From: a virus
Lineage: Duplodnaviria > Heunggongvirae > Uroviricota > Caudoviricetes
Direction: 5' to 3' (one strand)
DNA: 64,000 nt
IMG/VR virus record: IMGVR_UViG_3300028797_000096
Location: 13,860-77,859 of that record
The translations under genes were made by a program, and so were the position numbers. How positions within the stretch are numbered: the first letter of the stretch is position 1; each line of letters starts with the position of its first letter. Below, piece after piece: positions 49,203 through 58,453 of this stretch. Below the pieces are notes generated by a model. It did not search any database. It was not told where the DNA came from and saw only the letters and a list, made by a program, of their open reading frames with translations.

Positions 49203-49670
49203 TTAATGAATAAAGCCTTGAGATTGCAAATAATCTACAAATTCAATTATATGATAACAAATACCTGGTAAATGGTGTGGATTGTTTGGTGCACGATTTG
49301 TTTTTCTATGATATACACCAAAAGGTCTTCCTGCTCCTGCTCTATTTTCACGATCTGGTACATCAAATCTAAAACGTTGTGTAGGACAACTACATCTTAC
49401 TTGAATATCATTATTTGCTAAACTAGGCTTAGGCATATATCCTTGTAAAATTTCAGCATCTGTCAATCCATCTGTAGGATTAACATTTGTAAAAGATACG
49501 GTAACAGTATAAGCATGTGTCTTTTTAGAAGAGCGTACCTCTCCATAAAAAGTAAGTATTCTTGTACCTATTTTATAATCCAAATCCAAATGATATACTC
49601 TAGGTGAAGCCGCGAAATTATAATTCGGTGTTACTCTAGGTACATTTCTTAATAATTCATTCCATTTCAT
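49203..49670 (-). CDS. SWIM zinc-finger-containing protein
   Basis: VRCSCP..RFRF...GICYH. Confidence 0.65.
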   Translation of the reverse strand: MKWNELLRNVPRVTPNYNFAASPRVYHLDLDYKIGTRILTFYGEVRSSKKTHAYTVTVSFTNVNPTDGLTDAEILQGYMPKPSLANNDIQVRCSCPTQRFRFDVPDRENRAGAGRPFGVYHRKTNRAPNNPHHLPGICYHIIEFVDYLQSQGFIH

Positions 49671-50082
49671 GATTTAATGTATTTATAGAACCTTCTTTTA
49701 CTTTAGAAACAATCCATTCTCGGCACTGTTCTAAAGTTCTCCATTCTAAAACCTCATAACCCATTTTTTCTAATAAATTACAGCAAGCAATCTGATCTTG
49801 ACTTTTTTTACCTTTACCAAATTTGAATTCTACAAAAGTTACTTCTTTATTATGTAAAATAATCAAATCTGGTTGACCAACAGTTGCACCCATGGCTATG
49901 ATATGTTGTTTATAAATTGCTTTATGTGTAATATCGGGAATAAATCCAATACCATTAAACACATCGGTTGCAAAACATAACATATTATGAGCACGTAAAA
50001 GTGATACACAAGCCTTCTGTAACTGATGCTCAGAAGTAATAGGTTTTTCTTTTTTTAAAGATAATTGTCTTTTATATACCAT
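49657..50082 (-). CDS. VRR-NUC family nuclease
   Basis: EHQLQ, GQPDLII, FVEFK...SQDQ. Confidence 0.85.
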   Translation of the reverse strand: MVYKRQLSLKKEKPITSEHQLQKACVSLLRAHNMLCFATDVFNGIGFIPDITHKAIYKQHIIAMGATVGQPDLIILHNKEVTFVEFKFGKGKKSQDQIACCNLLEKMGYEVLEWRTLEQCREWIVSKVKEGSINTLNHEME

Positions 50083-50453
50083 TATTCTTCTTCATATGCA
50101 TCTAAAACTGCTCCTGCTAAAAAGGCAATGGCAATTTTAGTTTGATTCCATACTTGTACTGCATTAGATAATCTTAATTTTTCAGCATTTTCGCGATTAA
50201 TAGTTAATTGATTCATAAACTTTTCTAATTGCAATAAGGCTGCTGTAATTTCAGATTGATCTTCGGTTAAATTCTTTTCAATTAAATAATTATGTAGAGC
50301 AAAACCTTCTTCTAAAATGGTTTGCAAATCCATAATAGATGATTCGCTTACTACATCTTTACCATCAACTCCTGTATAATTACCACAATAATTATTAATT
50401 TCTTCTAAAAGTTTCTTAGATAGATCACAAGCTTTTTTAACATCTTCTTTCAT
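50082..50453 (-). CDS. Hypothetical protein
   Basis: SD AAGGA; coupled. Confidence 0.7.
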   Translation of the reverse strand: MKEDVKKACDLSKKLLEEINNYCGNYTGVDGKDVVSESSIMDLQTILEEGFALHNYLIEKNLTEDQSEITAALLQLEKFMNQLTINRENAEKLRLSNAVQVWNQTKIAIAFLAGAVLDAYEEE

Positions 50454-50464
50454 TACTCATCCTT

Positions 50465-50731
50465 TTAATCTTCATTTAAATCTGGAAAAGTTTCATATTG
50501 AACATAGCTTTGTAATAATATAATTAATAAACTTACGCACTCTTTGTCTAATACGAAATTTAATTCTTTTTCTTTAATTATCAATAAAGTTGTATTACCA
50601 TTTGCTTTTATTTCTAACTCTATCTTTTTTCCAGTTGAATCTTTAAATGACACTTCTGAACTAGTTGTATATTCCTTTTGTGCCTTAATCTTTTTCTTAA
50701 ATAGTTTTTTAATAGAAGAAAATACCTTCAT
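50465..50731 (-). CDS. Hypothetical protein
   Basis: SD AAGGAG; GTTCTA at 50759-50754. Confidence 0.7.
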   Translation of the reverse strand: MKVFSSIKKLFKKKIKAQKEYTTSSEVSFKDSTGKKIELEIKANGNTTLLIIKEKELNFVLDKECVSLLIILLQSYVQYETFPDLNED

Positions 50732-50808
50732 ATAAACTCCTTTTAATAATAATTAGAACTGGAAATATTTATAAAAGTTCTAAAATAAATAAAAGAATTC
50801 TATATAAT

Positions 50809-52362
50809 ATGATTTATAATACACAAACATTTTGGAGTTACATTTGTAATGAAAGTGAATATATGCTTAATCAAGTTAAGGATATATTAACTCGTAAAGA
50901 ATATAATTTTGATACTAAAAAATATAATATTCGTAAATTTTACCAAAAAATTAATCGAATAGTCGTAGGTGATATAATGCCATATGAAAGCATTAGATTT
51001 CCTACTGGTTTAATTAAATTTATTACAGACAAACTTCCAATTCAAGTAGAAATCAAAGATAGAGGTTTTAAGAAATATACAGAACAAGAAGTTTTAGACT
51101 ATGCAAATATTGTAAAAGAAATTAATCCAAAATTTGAAATTCGTGATTATCAAGTAGAGGCTGTATTAACTTCTTTAAATACTTTTGAAAGTTTAATTTA
51201 TTCTGCTACAGGATCTGGTAAAACTTCTATTATGTCATTAGTTTGTAAAATATTAGAAGAAGACAGAATTCTTATAATGAATGGAAACAATTTTATTTTA
51301 CAACAAATATATGATCGTTTATTATCATTTGGGATTACAGATATTAGTTGGAATCCTAGTAAAGAACCTGATTATACCAAAAGAATTGTAATTATAAATA
51401 CAAAAAGCTCCGATGAAAGACTTAATAAACAAAATCCTGCATATTTAGATTTTTTACAAAAAGTTAATGTATGGATAACAGATGAATGTCAACATCTTCA
51501 AAGTTTGACTTCTTTTGAACCAGTTTTTTATATGAATGAAGAAAATTTAAAACATATCATTGGTTATTCTGGATCTCCATTTAGAAACTATGATCATCCT
51601 TATAATAACCCAGATGATTTTACTTTAATTGCTATATTAGGTGAACCTGCTTTTGTATATGAAATGAAAGATACAATAGGTGATAAAAACGTAGCTCAGC
51701 CATATTCATATTTTATTAATTATCCAAATCGTGCTCCATTTTTACCTGAACATTTAAAAGATAATTACTTTGTACAGTATAGATTAAGCATTACTTATAA
51801 TAAAAACAGAAATAAAGCTGGAATTGAGATGCTTAAATATTTAAACAAAAATAATGTAAAGACTCTTGTTTCTATTAATAATATTAAACCAGGGCAAAAT
51901 TTAATGAAAACTTTAAAAGAAGAAGGAGTTGATTCTATTTTTGTTTGTGGTGATAATACTGTATATGAATGGAAAATGTCTAAAAATAATAAACCACATT
52001 TAAAAACAAGAGAAGGAGGAACTGAAGAAATTCAACAAGCTTTTGATAGAGGCTATAATATAATTTTTGGATCTACGGTATTGGACGAAGGTGTTGATGT
52101 AGAAAATTTCCAAGCAGTTGTTATGTTTTCAGCCGGAAGAACTCCTATTGCGGCTGCGCAAAGAGTTGGAAGAGCTAGTCGTAAGAAGAAAACTGGTAAA
52201 AATATTAGTTTTGTAATAGATTTTAAAGATACCGGAGGTTTACCTACTTTTCAATCTCATTATGAACAACGTAAAAAATTAATGGGAGATTTGGGTATTA
52301 TAAATCTTCCAAAAGTACAAGATTTCTGCAAAATGATAGAAGAATTACATAATGAAGAATAG
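50809..52362 (+). CDS. uvsW: SF2 DNA helicase, UvsW-like
   Basis: RDYQ, ATGSGKT, DECQH, SGS, LDEGVD, QRVGRASR. Confidence 0.88.
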   Translation: MIYNTQTFWSYICNESEYMLNQVKDILTRKEYNFDTKKYNIRKFYQKINRIVVGDIMPYESIRFPTGLIKFITDKLPIQVEIKDRGFKKYTEQEVLDYANIVKEINPKFEIRDYQVEAVLTSLNTFESLIYSATGSGKTSIMSLVCKILEEDRILIMNGNNFILQQIYDRLLSFGITDISWNPSKEPDYTKRIVIINTKSSDERLNKQNPAYLDFLQKVNVWITDECQHLQSLTSFEPVFYMNEENLKHIIGYSGSPFRNYDHPYNNPDDFTLIAILGEPAFVYEMKDTIGDKNVAQPYSYFINYPNRAPFLPEHLKDNYFVQYRLSITYNKNRNKAGIEMLKYLNKNNVKTLVSINNIKPGQNLMKTLKEEGVDSIFVCGDNTVYEWKMSKNNKPHLKTREGGTEEIQQAFDRGYNIIFGSTVLDEGVDVENFQAVVMFSAGRTPIAAAQRVGRASRKKKTGKNISFVIDFKDTGGLPTFQSHYEQRKKLMGDLGIINLPKVQDFCKMIEELHNEE

Positions 52363-52433
52363 AAATTTTTTATTTCATTTTTCAAACAAATATGTTATTC
52401 TATATATAAAATAAGCTAATAGGATAGGATTAG

Positions 52434-53843
52434 ATGTCTACTTTTGATACAGAATTTACTTTAGAAATACAGAAAAAATTCTTACAATTGCTGGTATTCG
52501 ATCAAAAATGGGCAGCTCTTTCAGGTTTGGATATTATTAAGCCCGAATTTTTTGAAAATCGTATCCTTCATAATGTTTGTAAATGGATTCATGAATATTA
52601 TAAAAGTTATAAAAAGATTCCAACCAAAGCTGTATTAACAGAAAAAGCAAAAGATTTTATTAATATTAACACATTAGGTACTAAAGAATATTTTCAGTAT
52701 TCAAATGTATTAGATGATGTATATACTTTAAATGATAACGAAGATTTAGATTTCTTTAAAGATAAAGCAATCGTATTTGTTCGTCAAGCCGCTTGGAAAC
52801 AAGTATTAGCGCAAGGTACAGAAACTTTAAAAGAAGGTAATTATGAAGAAGCTATTAATGCGTTTAAAAAAGTTTTAACGCTTGGTAGTGAAAACGATTT
52901 AGGTTTAGATTTTGATGATACACCTACAGAAAAGTTTTTAGACCTTTTAAAAGAAGATTATGATAAAGGTAGTATGCTTCAAACGGGTATTCCTGGTTGG
53001 GATAAAGCATTAGGCGGTGGTTTTGTTAAAAAGAATTTACACTTGATTGGTGCAGCACCTGGTGGTGGTAAATCAAAAACTATGGCATTTTTAACAAAAC
53101 AAGCATTGATGACATTTAAAAAAGTTATATTTATTACACTTGAATTATCAGAAGTAGAAACACAAGCGAATATTAATTGTGCTATTACAGGATTAAACAT
53201 GTATCAAATGTTAGATCCTGAAAACAGAGAAGAGTTTAATCATAAATTAAGTATGTTTAAATCTAATTTTAATCCGCAATGTGTAGTTAAATTTTATAAA
53301 CCAGGTGCTATTACTGCAGATACAATTCATAATTTTATACAAAAAGTAATTCAACACAAAGAAGAAACTTTGGGTATGAAATGGAAACCAGATGTAATTT
53401 TTGTAGATTACTTGGATAAATTATTACCAACTCAAAAAGTTAAAGGTAATATTTATGAAGACGTAGGTGGAGTTGCAACTGATTTAAAAAACTTAGGTGT
53501 TACATTTGATTGTCCAGTTATTAGTGGATCTCAATTAGGTCGTTATACTTGGAGTATCAAAGGTGATCAAGTAGTTAATATGGATGCTATTGCTGAATCT
53601 GCACAAAAAATTCACTTGGCACATAGTTTAACTACATTAAATGCTAATCCTGCTGAAAAAGAACAAGGTAGAGTTAGATTATTCTTAGCTAAATCAAGAT
53701 CTGGTATTCCTGGTTCTGTAGTATGGTGTAATAACGATTTAGGTAGATGTAAGATAGAAGAAACAGAACCGTGGGATCCAAATACAATGATAACAAGTAC
53801 AATATTTACTATCAAGGATGCACAAAGTAGTAGTAAAAAATAA
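52434..53843 (+). CDS. dnaB: Replicative DNA helicase (DnaB/gp41-like)
   Basis: TGIPGWD, AAPGGGKS, ITLELS, FVDYLD, SQL.R, AES, KSRSG. Confidence 0.93.
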   Translation: MSTFDTEFTLEIQKKFLQLLVFDQKWAALSGLDIIKPEFFENRILHNVCKWIHEYYKSYKKIPTKAVLTEKAKDFININTLGTKEYFQYSNVLDDVYTLNDNEDLDFFKDKAIVFVRQAAWKQVLAQGTETLKEGNYEEAINAFKKVLTLGSENDLGLDFDDTPTEKFLDLLKEDYDKGSMLQTGIPGWDKALGGGFVKKNLHLIGAAPGGGKSKTMAFLTKQALMTFKKVIFITLELSEVETQANINCAITGLNMYQMLDPENREEFNHKLSMFKSNFNPQCVVKFYKPGAITADTIHNFIQKVIQHKEETLGMKWKPDVIFVDYLDKLLPTQKVKGNIYEDVGGVATDLKNLGVTFDCPVISGSQLGRYTWSIKGDQVVNMDAIAESAQKIHLAHSLTTLNANPAEKEQGRVRLFLAKSRSGIPGSVVWCNNDLGRCKIEETEPWDPNTMITSTIFTIKDAQSSSKK

Positions 53844-53855
53844 AAGGAGAGTAAT

Positions 53856-54086
53856 ATGATAGGTGTAATTATTACTATTATAGTAGTAATTTTATTAATT
53901 TCATTAATGTCAGATTTTCGTGTATTTACAGCATATACATTTGATATTGATGAAGCATATTCAGAATTTTATAAATGGAAAAAACACTATGAACAAACTA
54001 CCCACCGAGAAGTTATAATACTTGATATAAAACGCGGTGGAAGTTATGTAGATTTTTATTATAAAACTAAAATAAAAAAGAAATAA
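53856..54086 (+). CDS. Small membrane-anchored protein
   Basis: N-terminal hydrophobic helix; SD AAGGAG. Confidence 0.65.
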   Translation: MIGVIITIIVVILLISLMSDFRVFTAYTFDIDEAYSEFYKWKKHYEQTTHREVIILDIKRGGSYVDFYYKTKIKKK

Positions 54087-54203
54087 AAAAATAACCCCAG
54101 ACCGAAATCTGGGGAATTCTTTTAATTAAGCGTCCTCATGGTTTGGATTTCAAATTTCCAATTATTTAACCTATGGGTCTACGCAGGAAAGAATCAAACC
54201 TAT
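54085..54203 (-). ncRNA. Candidate small RNA
   Basis: GTTCTA at 54215-54210; nested stems GGTTTG/CAAACC and TTTCC/GGAAA; CCCCAGA/TCTGGGG terminator with a TTCG loop and U tract. Confidence 0.4.
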
Positions 54204-54217
54204 GTTTTATAGAACGC

Positions 54218-54364
54218 TTAAAATGTGATTTCTTGGCCTTTTTTAATTCTTTTTCTCTCCATCTTCCACCAAGTATAAGATAACCCTATCCAAAAAATAG
54301 CAGATAATACAGCCGCTCCTAAAACAAAATAAGCGACTATTTGAAATAAGATGCCTAATGACAT
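54218..54364 (-). CDS. 48-aa single-TM membrane protein (below the ORF-track cutoff)
   Basis: MSLGILFQIVAYFVLGAAVLSAIFWIGLSYTWWKMERKRIKK...; SD GGGAG. Confidence 0.65.
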   Translation of the reverse strand: MSLGILFQIVAYFVLGAAVLSAIFWIGLSYTWWKMERKRIKKGQEITF

Positions 54365-54376
54365 TTTAGTTTCTCC

Positions 54377-55162
54377 CTATGATTGAATACATAATGCATA
54401 ATTCTTAGCATATCTTTTTTGCATAATTTTTTGATATGCTTTTTTAGAATGGGTCATATAACTATATAAACTTTTACAATTAATTGTCCCATCTGCATTA
54501 AATAAGTTTCTAGATTGGGCAATACCACGATTATATATAACATCCGTGGCTACGATAAACTCTTCTTGACTACGAAAAGTTTTACCATATAAATAAGGAA
54601 AGACATGCTTAATTAAATGCATCTCTTTCCTCTCTAAAGCTTCTTGTTCTGTAATTATACCTTCCGGTAATAATTGCATTTTTTCTGTAGCAACTAAAGT
54701 AGCTATTTTACCTTTACAATCTCTTACTTGTACTGTTTCACCTACTTTATATTCTTTAAAAACGGCAAGGGTTCCATATCCATTTCGATATCTACCATCT
54801 GAATCACAATATGCCATAGCAGAAAATGATTCATTTGCTTTAATATGATCAGATACTACTTCTAAAGCTATCTCATTCGATTTTTCAGTAAACTTATTTT
54901 GCAACTTTTCATTTGCTTTATAATTCTTTAATTCTTGAGTTAATCTTTTAATCTCCTCTGTTGTTGCTTTTACAAGTTCTTGATTCTTTTGATTTTCTAC
55001 AACTAATTTTTCATAATTTTTATTTAATTTCACAATTTGTTGGTCATTTGTCATACTAATATTACTATTTGTATATGTACCAAACAAATATGAACCTATA
55101 CATAATATACCAATTCCAAATAAACCCATCCAGAATTTAGCTTTTTTATGCATTTTTGTCAT
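54377..55162 (-). CDS. GH24 lysozyme-like protein with an N-terminal TM anchor and coiled coil
   Basis: ANESFSAMAYCDSDGRYRNGYG, then TDVIYNRG and KRYAKNY. Confidence 0.7.
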   Translation of the reverse strand: MTKMHKKAKFWMGLFGIGILCIGSYLFGTYTNSNISMTNDQQIVKLNKNYEKLVVENQKNQELVKATTEEIKRLTQELKNYKANEKLQNKFTEKSNEIALEVVSDHIKANESFSAMAYCDSDGRYRNGYGTLAVFKEYKVGETVQVRDCKGKIATLVATEKMQLLPEGIITEQEALERKEMHLIKHVFPYLYGKTFRSQEEFIVATDVIYNRGIAQSRNLFNADGTINCKSLYSYMTHSKKAYQKIMQKRYAKNYALCIQS

Positions 55163-55333
55163 ATCTTAACCTTTGTTAATATTAAACTAATAAGACTAAA
55201 TTATCTCAAATTTAATCTCTACCTTTGTAGTTTCTTTTTATTAAAACTACAAGAGTAAAGACCTTACCATAAAAGAAACTCCTTTATTCTTTTATTATTG
55301 CAGATCTTTATTCAGATGTAAATAGTAAAAACG

Positions 55334-55924
55334 CTAAAGTAGAAAAAAGTAATTCATTAAGATATAGATTATTAAACAAGTAGGAACACTATAAAATGCT
55401 ACTTCTTCAATATACAAACCCCATGCATTTGGATTACCGGCTTTATTATTTTTATGGTTTTTAATTAAATAATATACTAACCAGCCCAACCAGACCGCTA
55501 ATCCAATATACCATTCTTTACGCAAGCAGCAACCAATCATTGCACCACCTGCAGCTACCCAAGCAGCTGACGCAATATGAGGTTTTAATTCTGTTTTTAA
55601 ATAATCTGCACATAATGCTACACCAATAATACCACCCATACAAATAGCAAATGCAAACTTACTCCAAGCAAGTAAAGGATAAGGTGCATAATACATCCAA
55701 CCACCTGATGTATACATACCATCAGCTAATAAAATTGGATATATTAATAAGATAGGCATAGCTACTAACAATGCTCTAAATTTCCAACCAGTTTTATAAA
55801 AAGTAGAAGATAAACTAGAAGCATCTTTACCTTTGTTATATTTTTTACTATACCATTTTAAATAGCCATATAACATTCCTGCCATACCTAAACAGCATGT
55901 TAATCCGATCAACAATTCATTCAT
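55334..55924 (-). CDS. Multi-pass membrane protein
   Basis: About six hydrophobic helices. Confidence 0.75.
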   Translation of the reverse strand: MNELLIGLTCCLGMAGMLYGYLKWYSKKYNKGKDASSLSSTFYKTGWKFRALLVAMPILLIYPILLADGMYTSGGWMYYAPYPLLAWSKFAFAICMGGIIGVALCADYLKTELKPHIASAAWVAAGGAMIGCCLRKEWYIGLAVWLGWLVYYLIKNHKNNKAGNPNAWGLYIEEVAFYSVPTCLIIYILMNYFFLL

Positions 55925-56223
55925 TATTCATCCTTTTCTTTTTTACCGTTAATATAGTTATTAATAGCTGTACAAATAGACTCTACAACTGCTTGATAAC
56001 CTAATTGTACAGTTGCTAATAATCCGCCACAACAACAAAATATATTCCAGACATCCATATGTCCAAAAGATTTAGCAGCAAATATACCAGCCATTACAGA
56101 TAAAATTAAAGAAACATATGGTGCTAACTTATGAAAATTTTTAATATTTAGCTGTTTCAACCATTCAATAATACCAATAATAGCCATACTTCCTGCAATA
56201 TAAAATTCAAATAATTCCATCAT
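55924..56223 (-). CDS. Holin-like membrane protein
   Basis: Three hydrophobic segments, charged C-terminus, Met-Met start; GTTCTA at 56259-56254. Confidence 0.55.
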   Translation of the reverse strand: MMELFEFYIAGSMAIIGIIEWLKQLNIKNFHKLAPYVSLILSVMAGIFAAKSFGHMDVWNIFCCCGGLLATVQLGYQAVVESICTAINNYINGKKEKDE

Positions 56224-56378
56224 TTTATATTCCTTTTGCGATTTATATTAATATAGAACTACCAAAATGACCTAATTTTAACAGTCATTTTAAAATGGAA
56301 AATTTCGATTCTACTAACTATTTTAAGTGTTTACATTACCAATATTTTTGCTATAATAATTAAAAAAGGAAGTAAATT

Positions 56379-57512
56379 ATGACTCAACTATTAGCTGAAA
56401 TGTATCTAGACTATTCAGATATTCTTATAAAACCTAAGCTTGGTAATAATTGTAGTTCTCGTAAAGATGTTAAATTAAACCGAGAATATACTTTTAAACG
56501 GGGTCAAATTCGTAAAGGATTAGGTATATTTAATGCAAATATGGCAACAGTAGGTAATTTTGCTACAGCTAAAAAATTATTAAAAGCAGGTATGTTTGCT
56601 ACTCTTCATAAATTTTATACGGCAGAAGAAATAGTTGCATTTATGCATGAATGTCAAGATGAAAAAATTGATTATAGTAATTTATTTATAACTATTGGTA
56701 TTAGGCATTGGCCAGAAGAATTTAGCAAACTTAGAGAAATTGAAGATTCTGGTGTATGGCTAAAAGAAAATATTTGTATAGATGCACCTAACTTTTATAT
56801 CCCAGAAGCTTATAGAATATTAAAACAAATCCGAGAAAATTATTTAGATGCGGTTATTATGTGCGGTAATATTGCATCTAGTGATATTTGTCATAAATTA
56901 CTTGAATATGCTGATATTTTAAAAATTGGTATTGGTCCAGGTAGCGTATGTAAAACTAGATCACAAACAGGATGTGGAGTACCTATGGTTTCTAATATTC
57001 TTGAATGTGCAGATGTAGTACATGCAGTAGGTGGTATGATTTGTGCAGATGGAGGAATTACAGAAGTAGGTAGTATTTCTAAAGCTTTCTGTTTAAATGC
57101 TGATTTTGTTATGATTGGTGGTATGTTTGCGGGTACTGATGAAGCAGAAGGTGAAGTAATTACAGAATGTATTAGATCAAATAAGTATAGCTATGAAGAA
57201 ATTAACAATAAACAAATACCCTTAGATCCAATATATGATTATAAAAAATATAAATTATATTATGGAATGAGTTCGGTATTAGCCAACAATAAATTTGCTG
57301 GAGGTATGCAAAATTATAAAGCAAGTGAAGGTAGAGAAGTATTAATTCCTTATACAGGATCTTTAGATGCTATTTTACAAGATATCAAAGGAGGAGTAGC
57401 TTCTACTTGTACATATATAGGAGCTACTTCAGTAAAATATATGTCTAAATGTGCTACTCTAATAAAAGTTAATCATACAATAAATACGGTGTTTGAAAAA
57501 TATGAAAAATAA
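56379..57512 (+). CDS. guaC: GMP reductase (GuaC type 1)
   Basis: LDYSDILIKP, ANMATVG, HKFY, KIGIGPGSVC.TR, ADGG, GGMFAG, YGMSS, ASEG motifs. Confidence 0.9.
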   Translation: MTQLLAEMYLDYSDILIKPKLGNNCSSRKDVKLNREYTFKRGQIRKGLGIFNANMATVGNFATAKKLLKAGMFATLHKFYTAEEIVAFMHECQDEKIDYSNLFITIGIRHWPEEFSKLREIEDSGVWLKENICIDAPNFYIPEAYRILKQIRENYLDAVIMCGNIASSDICHKLLEYADILKIGIGPGSVCKTRSQTGCGVPMVSNILECADVVHAVGGMICADGGITEVGSISKAFCLNADFVMIGGMFAGTDEAEGEVITECIRSNKYSYEEINNKQIPLDPIYDYKKYKLYYGMSSVLANNKFAGGMQNYKASEGREVLIPYTGSLDAILQDIKGGVASTCTYIGATSVKYMSKCATLIKVNHTINTVFEKYEK

Positions 57513-58011
57513 AATATCAAAAATTAAATATAGTTTACAAGAAATAGATTTATTATGTCCAGAATGTCATAAAGCTGTACTTAATAAAGTAAATGGTAAA
57601 TATTTTATTCCAGCCTCTTTAAAATATTGGGGTGATAGTTATATGAATACTTGTCCTCACTGTGGTTATTCATTTGATAATACTACATTTGTAATGGGAA
57701 CGCATATAAAACAATTTTTACCAGATATACATCCTGCAGTATCTGAATTATTAGATGATATATTTTGGGCATCTATGAATGCAAATGATTTTTATCCTTG
57801 TTGTGCAGACGATGAAGAATTTGAAAATTGTATGATTCAATTTTATTTCTATCTTACATTTATAGAAAAGATGAATCCAACAAATACTCTTACTTCATTA
57901 ATAGAATGGCATAGAGGTGAATTAGGTTGGGCAAAAAAAGTTACTAAAGAATTAAAACAAATAAGAAAATTAACAGGCTGGGAATGGTATCCAAGAACAC
58001 AAAAAGGATAA
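57502..58011 (+). CDS. Zinc-ribbon hypothetical protein
   Basis: CPEC...CPHCG. Confidence 0.65.
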   Translation: MKNKISKIKYSLQEIDLLCPECHKAVLNKVNGKYFIPASLKYWGDSYMNTCPHCGYSFDNTTFVMGTHIKQFLPDIHPAVSELLDDIFWASMNANDFYPCCADDEEFENCMIQFYFYLTFIEKMNPTNTLTSLIEWHRGELGWAKKVTKELKQIRKLTGWEWYPRTQKG

Positions 58012-58014
58012 GCA

Positions 58015-58230
58015 ATGATATATATTATTTATGTAGCATGTTTTATAGCAGGTATGGTAGCAACATTAGTTTTTTTAGCTACTGTTGGATGTTCGCATAG
58101 TTATCAGACACGAATACACAAAGTAGATCATTATTATTCCGATGGTACATATCGTTATACAAGTTGGATTTATACAAACACATGTAGACATTGTGGTAAA
58201 GTAAAAGTAAAAAATGTAGGTAAAAGGTAA
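58015..58230 (+). CDS. Small membrane-anchored protein with a zinc motif
   Basis: TM helix followed by CSH...CRHCG. Confidence 0.6.
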   Translation: MIYIIYVACFIAGMVATLVFLATVGCSHSYQTRIHKVDHYYSDGTYRYTSWIYTNTCRHCGKVKVKNVGKR

Positions 58231-58234
58231 TAAA

Positions 58235-58453
58235 ATGATAGAACATACAGCTTTTTTAAACGCAGGTAGTAAAGTTAGATTACCAAATAAAGATCCTAAT
58301 ACATCAAATTGGTATGTAAATTATCAAGTTGGTAACGAATGGAAAAAAACAGAATTTCCAGATTCAGTGGAAGCATGGAGATTTTATTATAAACAATTCA
58401 ATTCGACTAGAGATGAAATTTTAGCAGAATTAAAAAAGGTAAATTCAAAATGA
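58235..58453 (+). CDS. Hypothetical protein
   Basis: Coupled ORF. Confidence 0.6.
   Translation: MIEHTAFLNAGSKVRLPNKDPNTSNWYVNYQVGNEWKKTEFPDSVEAWRFYYKQFNSTRDEILAELKKVNSK

Noticed and set aside
54138-54203. tRNA (ends ...ACCA with a T-arm-like hairpin)
   Set aside because: Only about 62 nt, with no D or anticodon arm, and the CCA is base-paired; it is not a cloverleaf.
56379-57512. IMP dehydrogenase
   Set aside because: The N-terminal LDYSDILIKP...R..V.L.R.YTF and ANMATVG...HKFY segments match type 1 GMP reductase, and there is no CBS insert.
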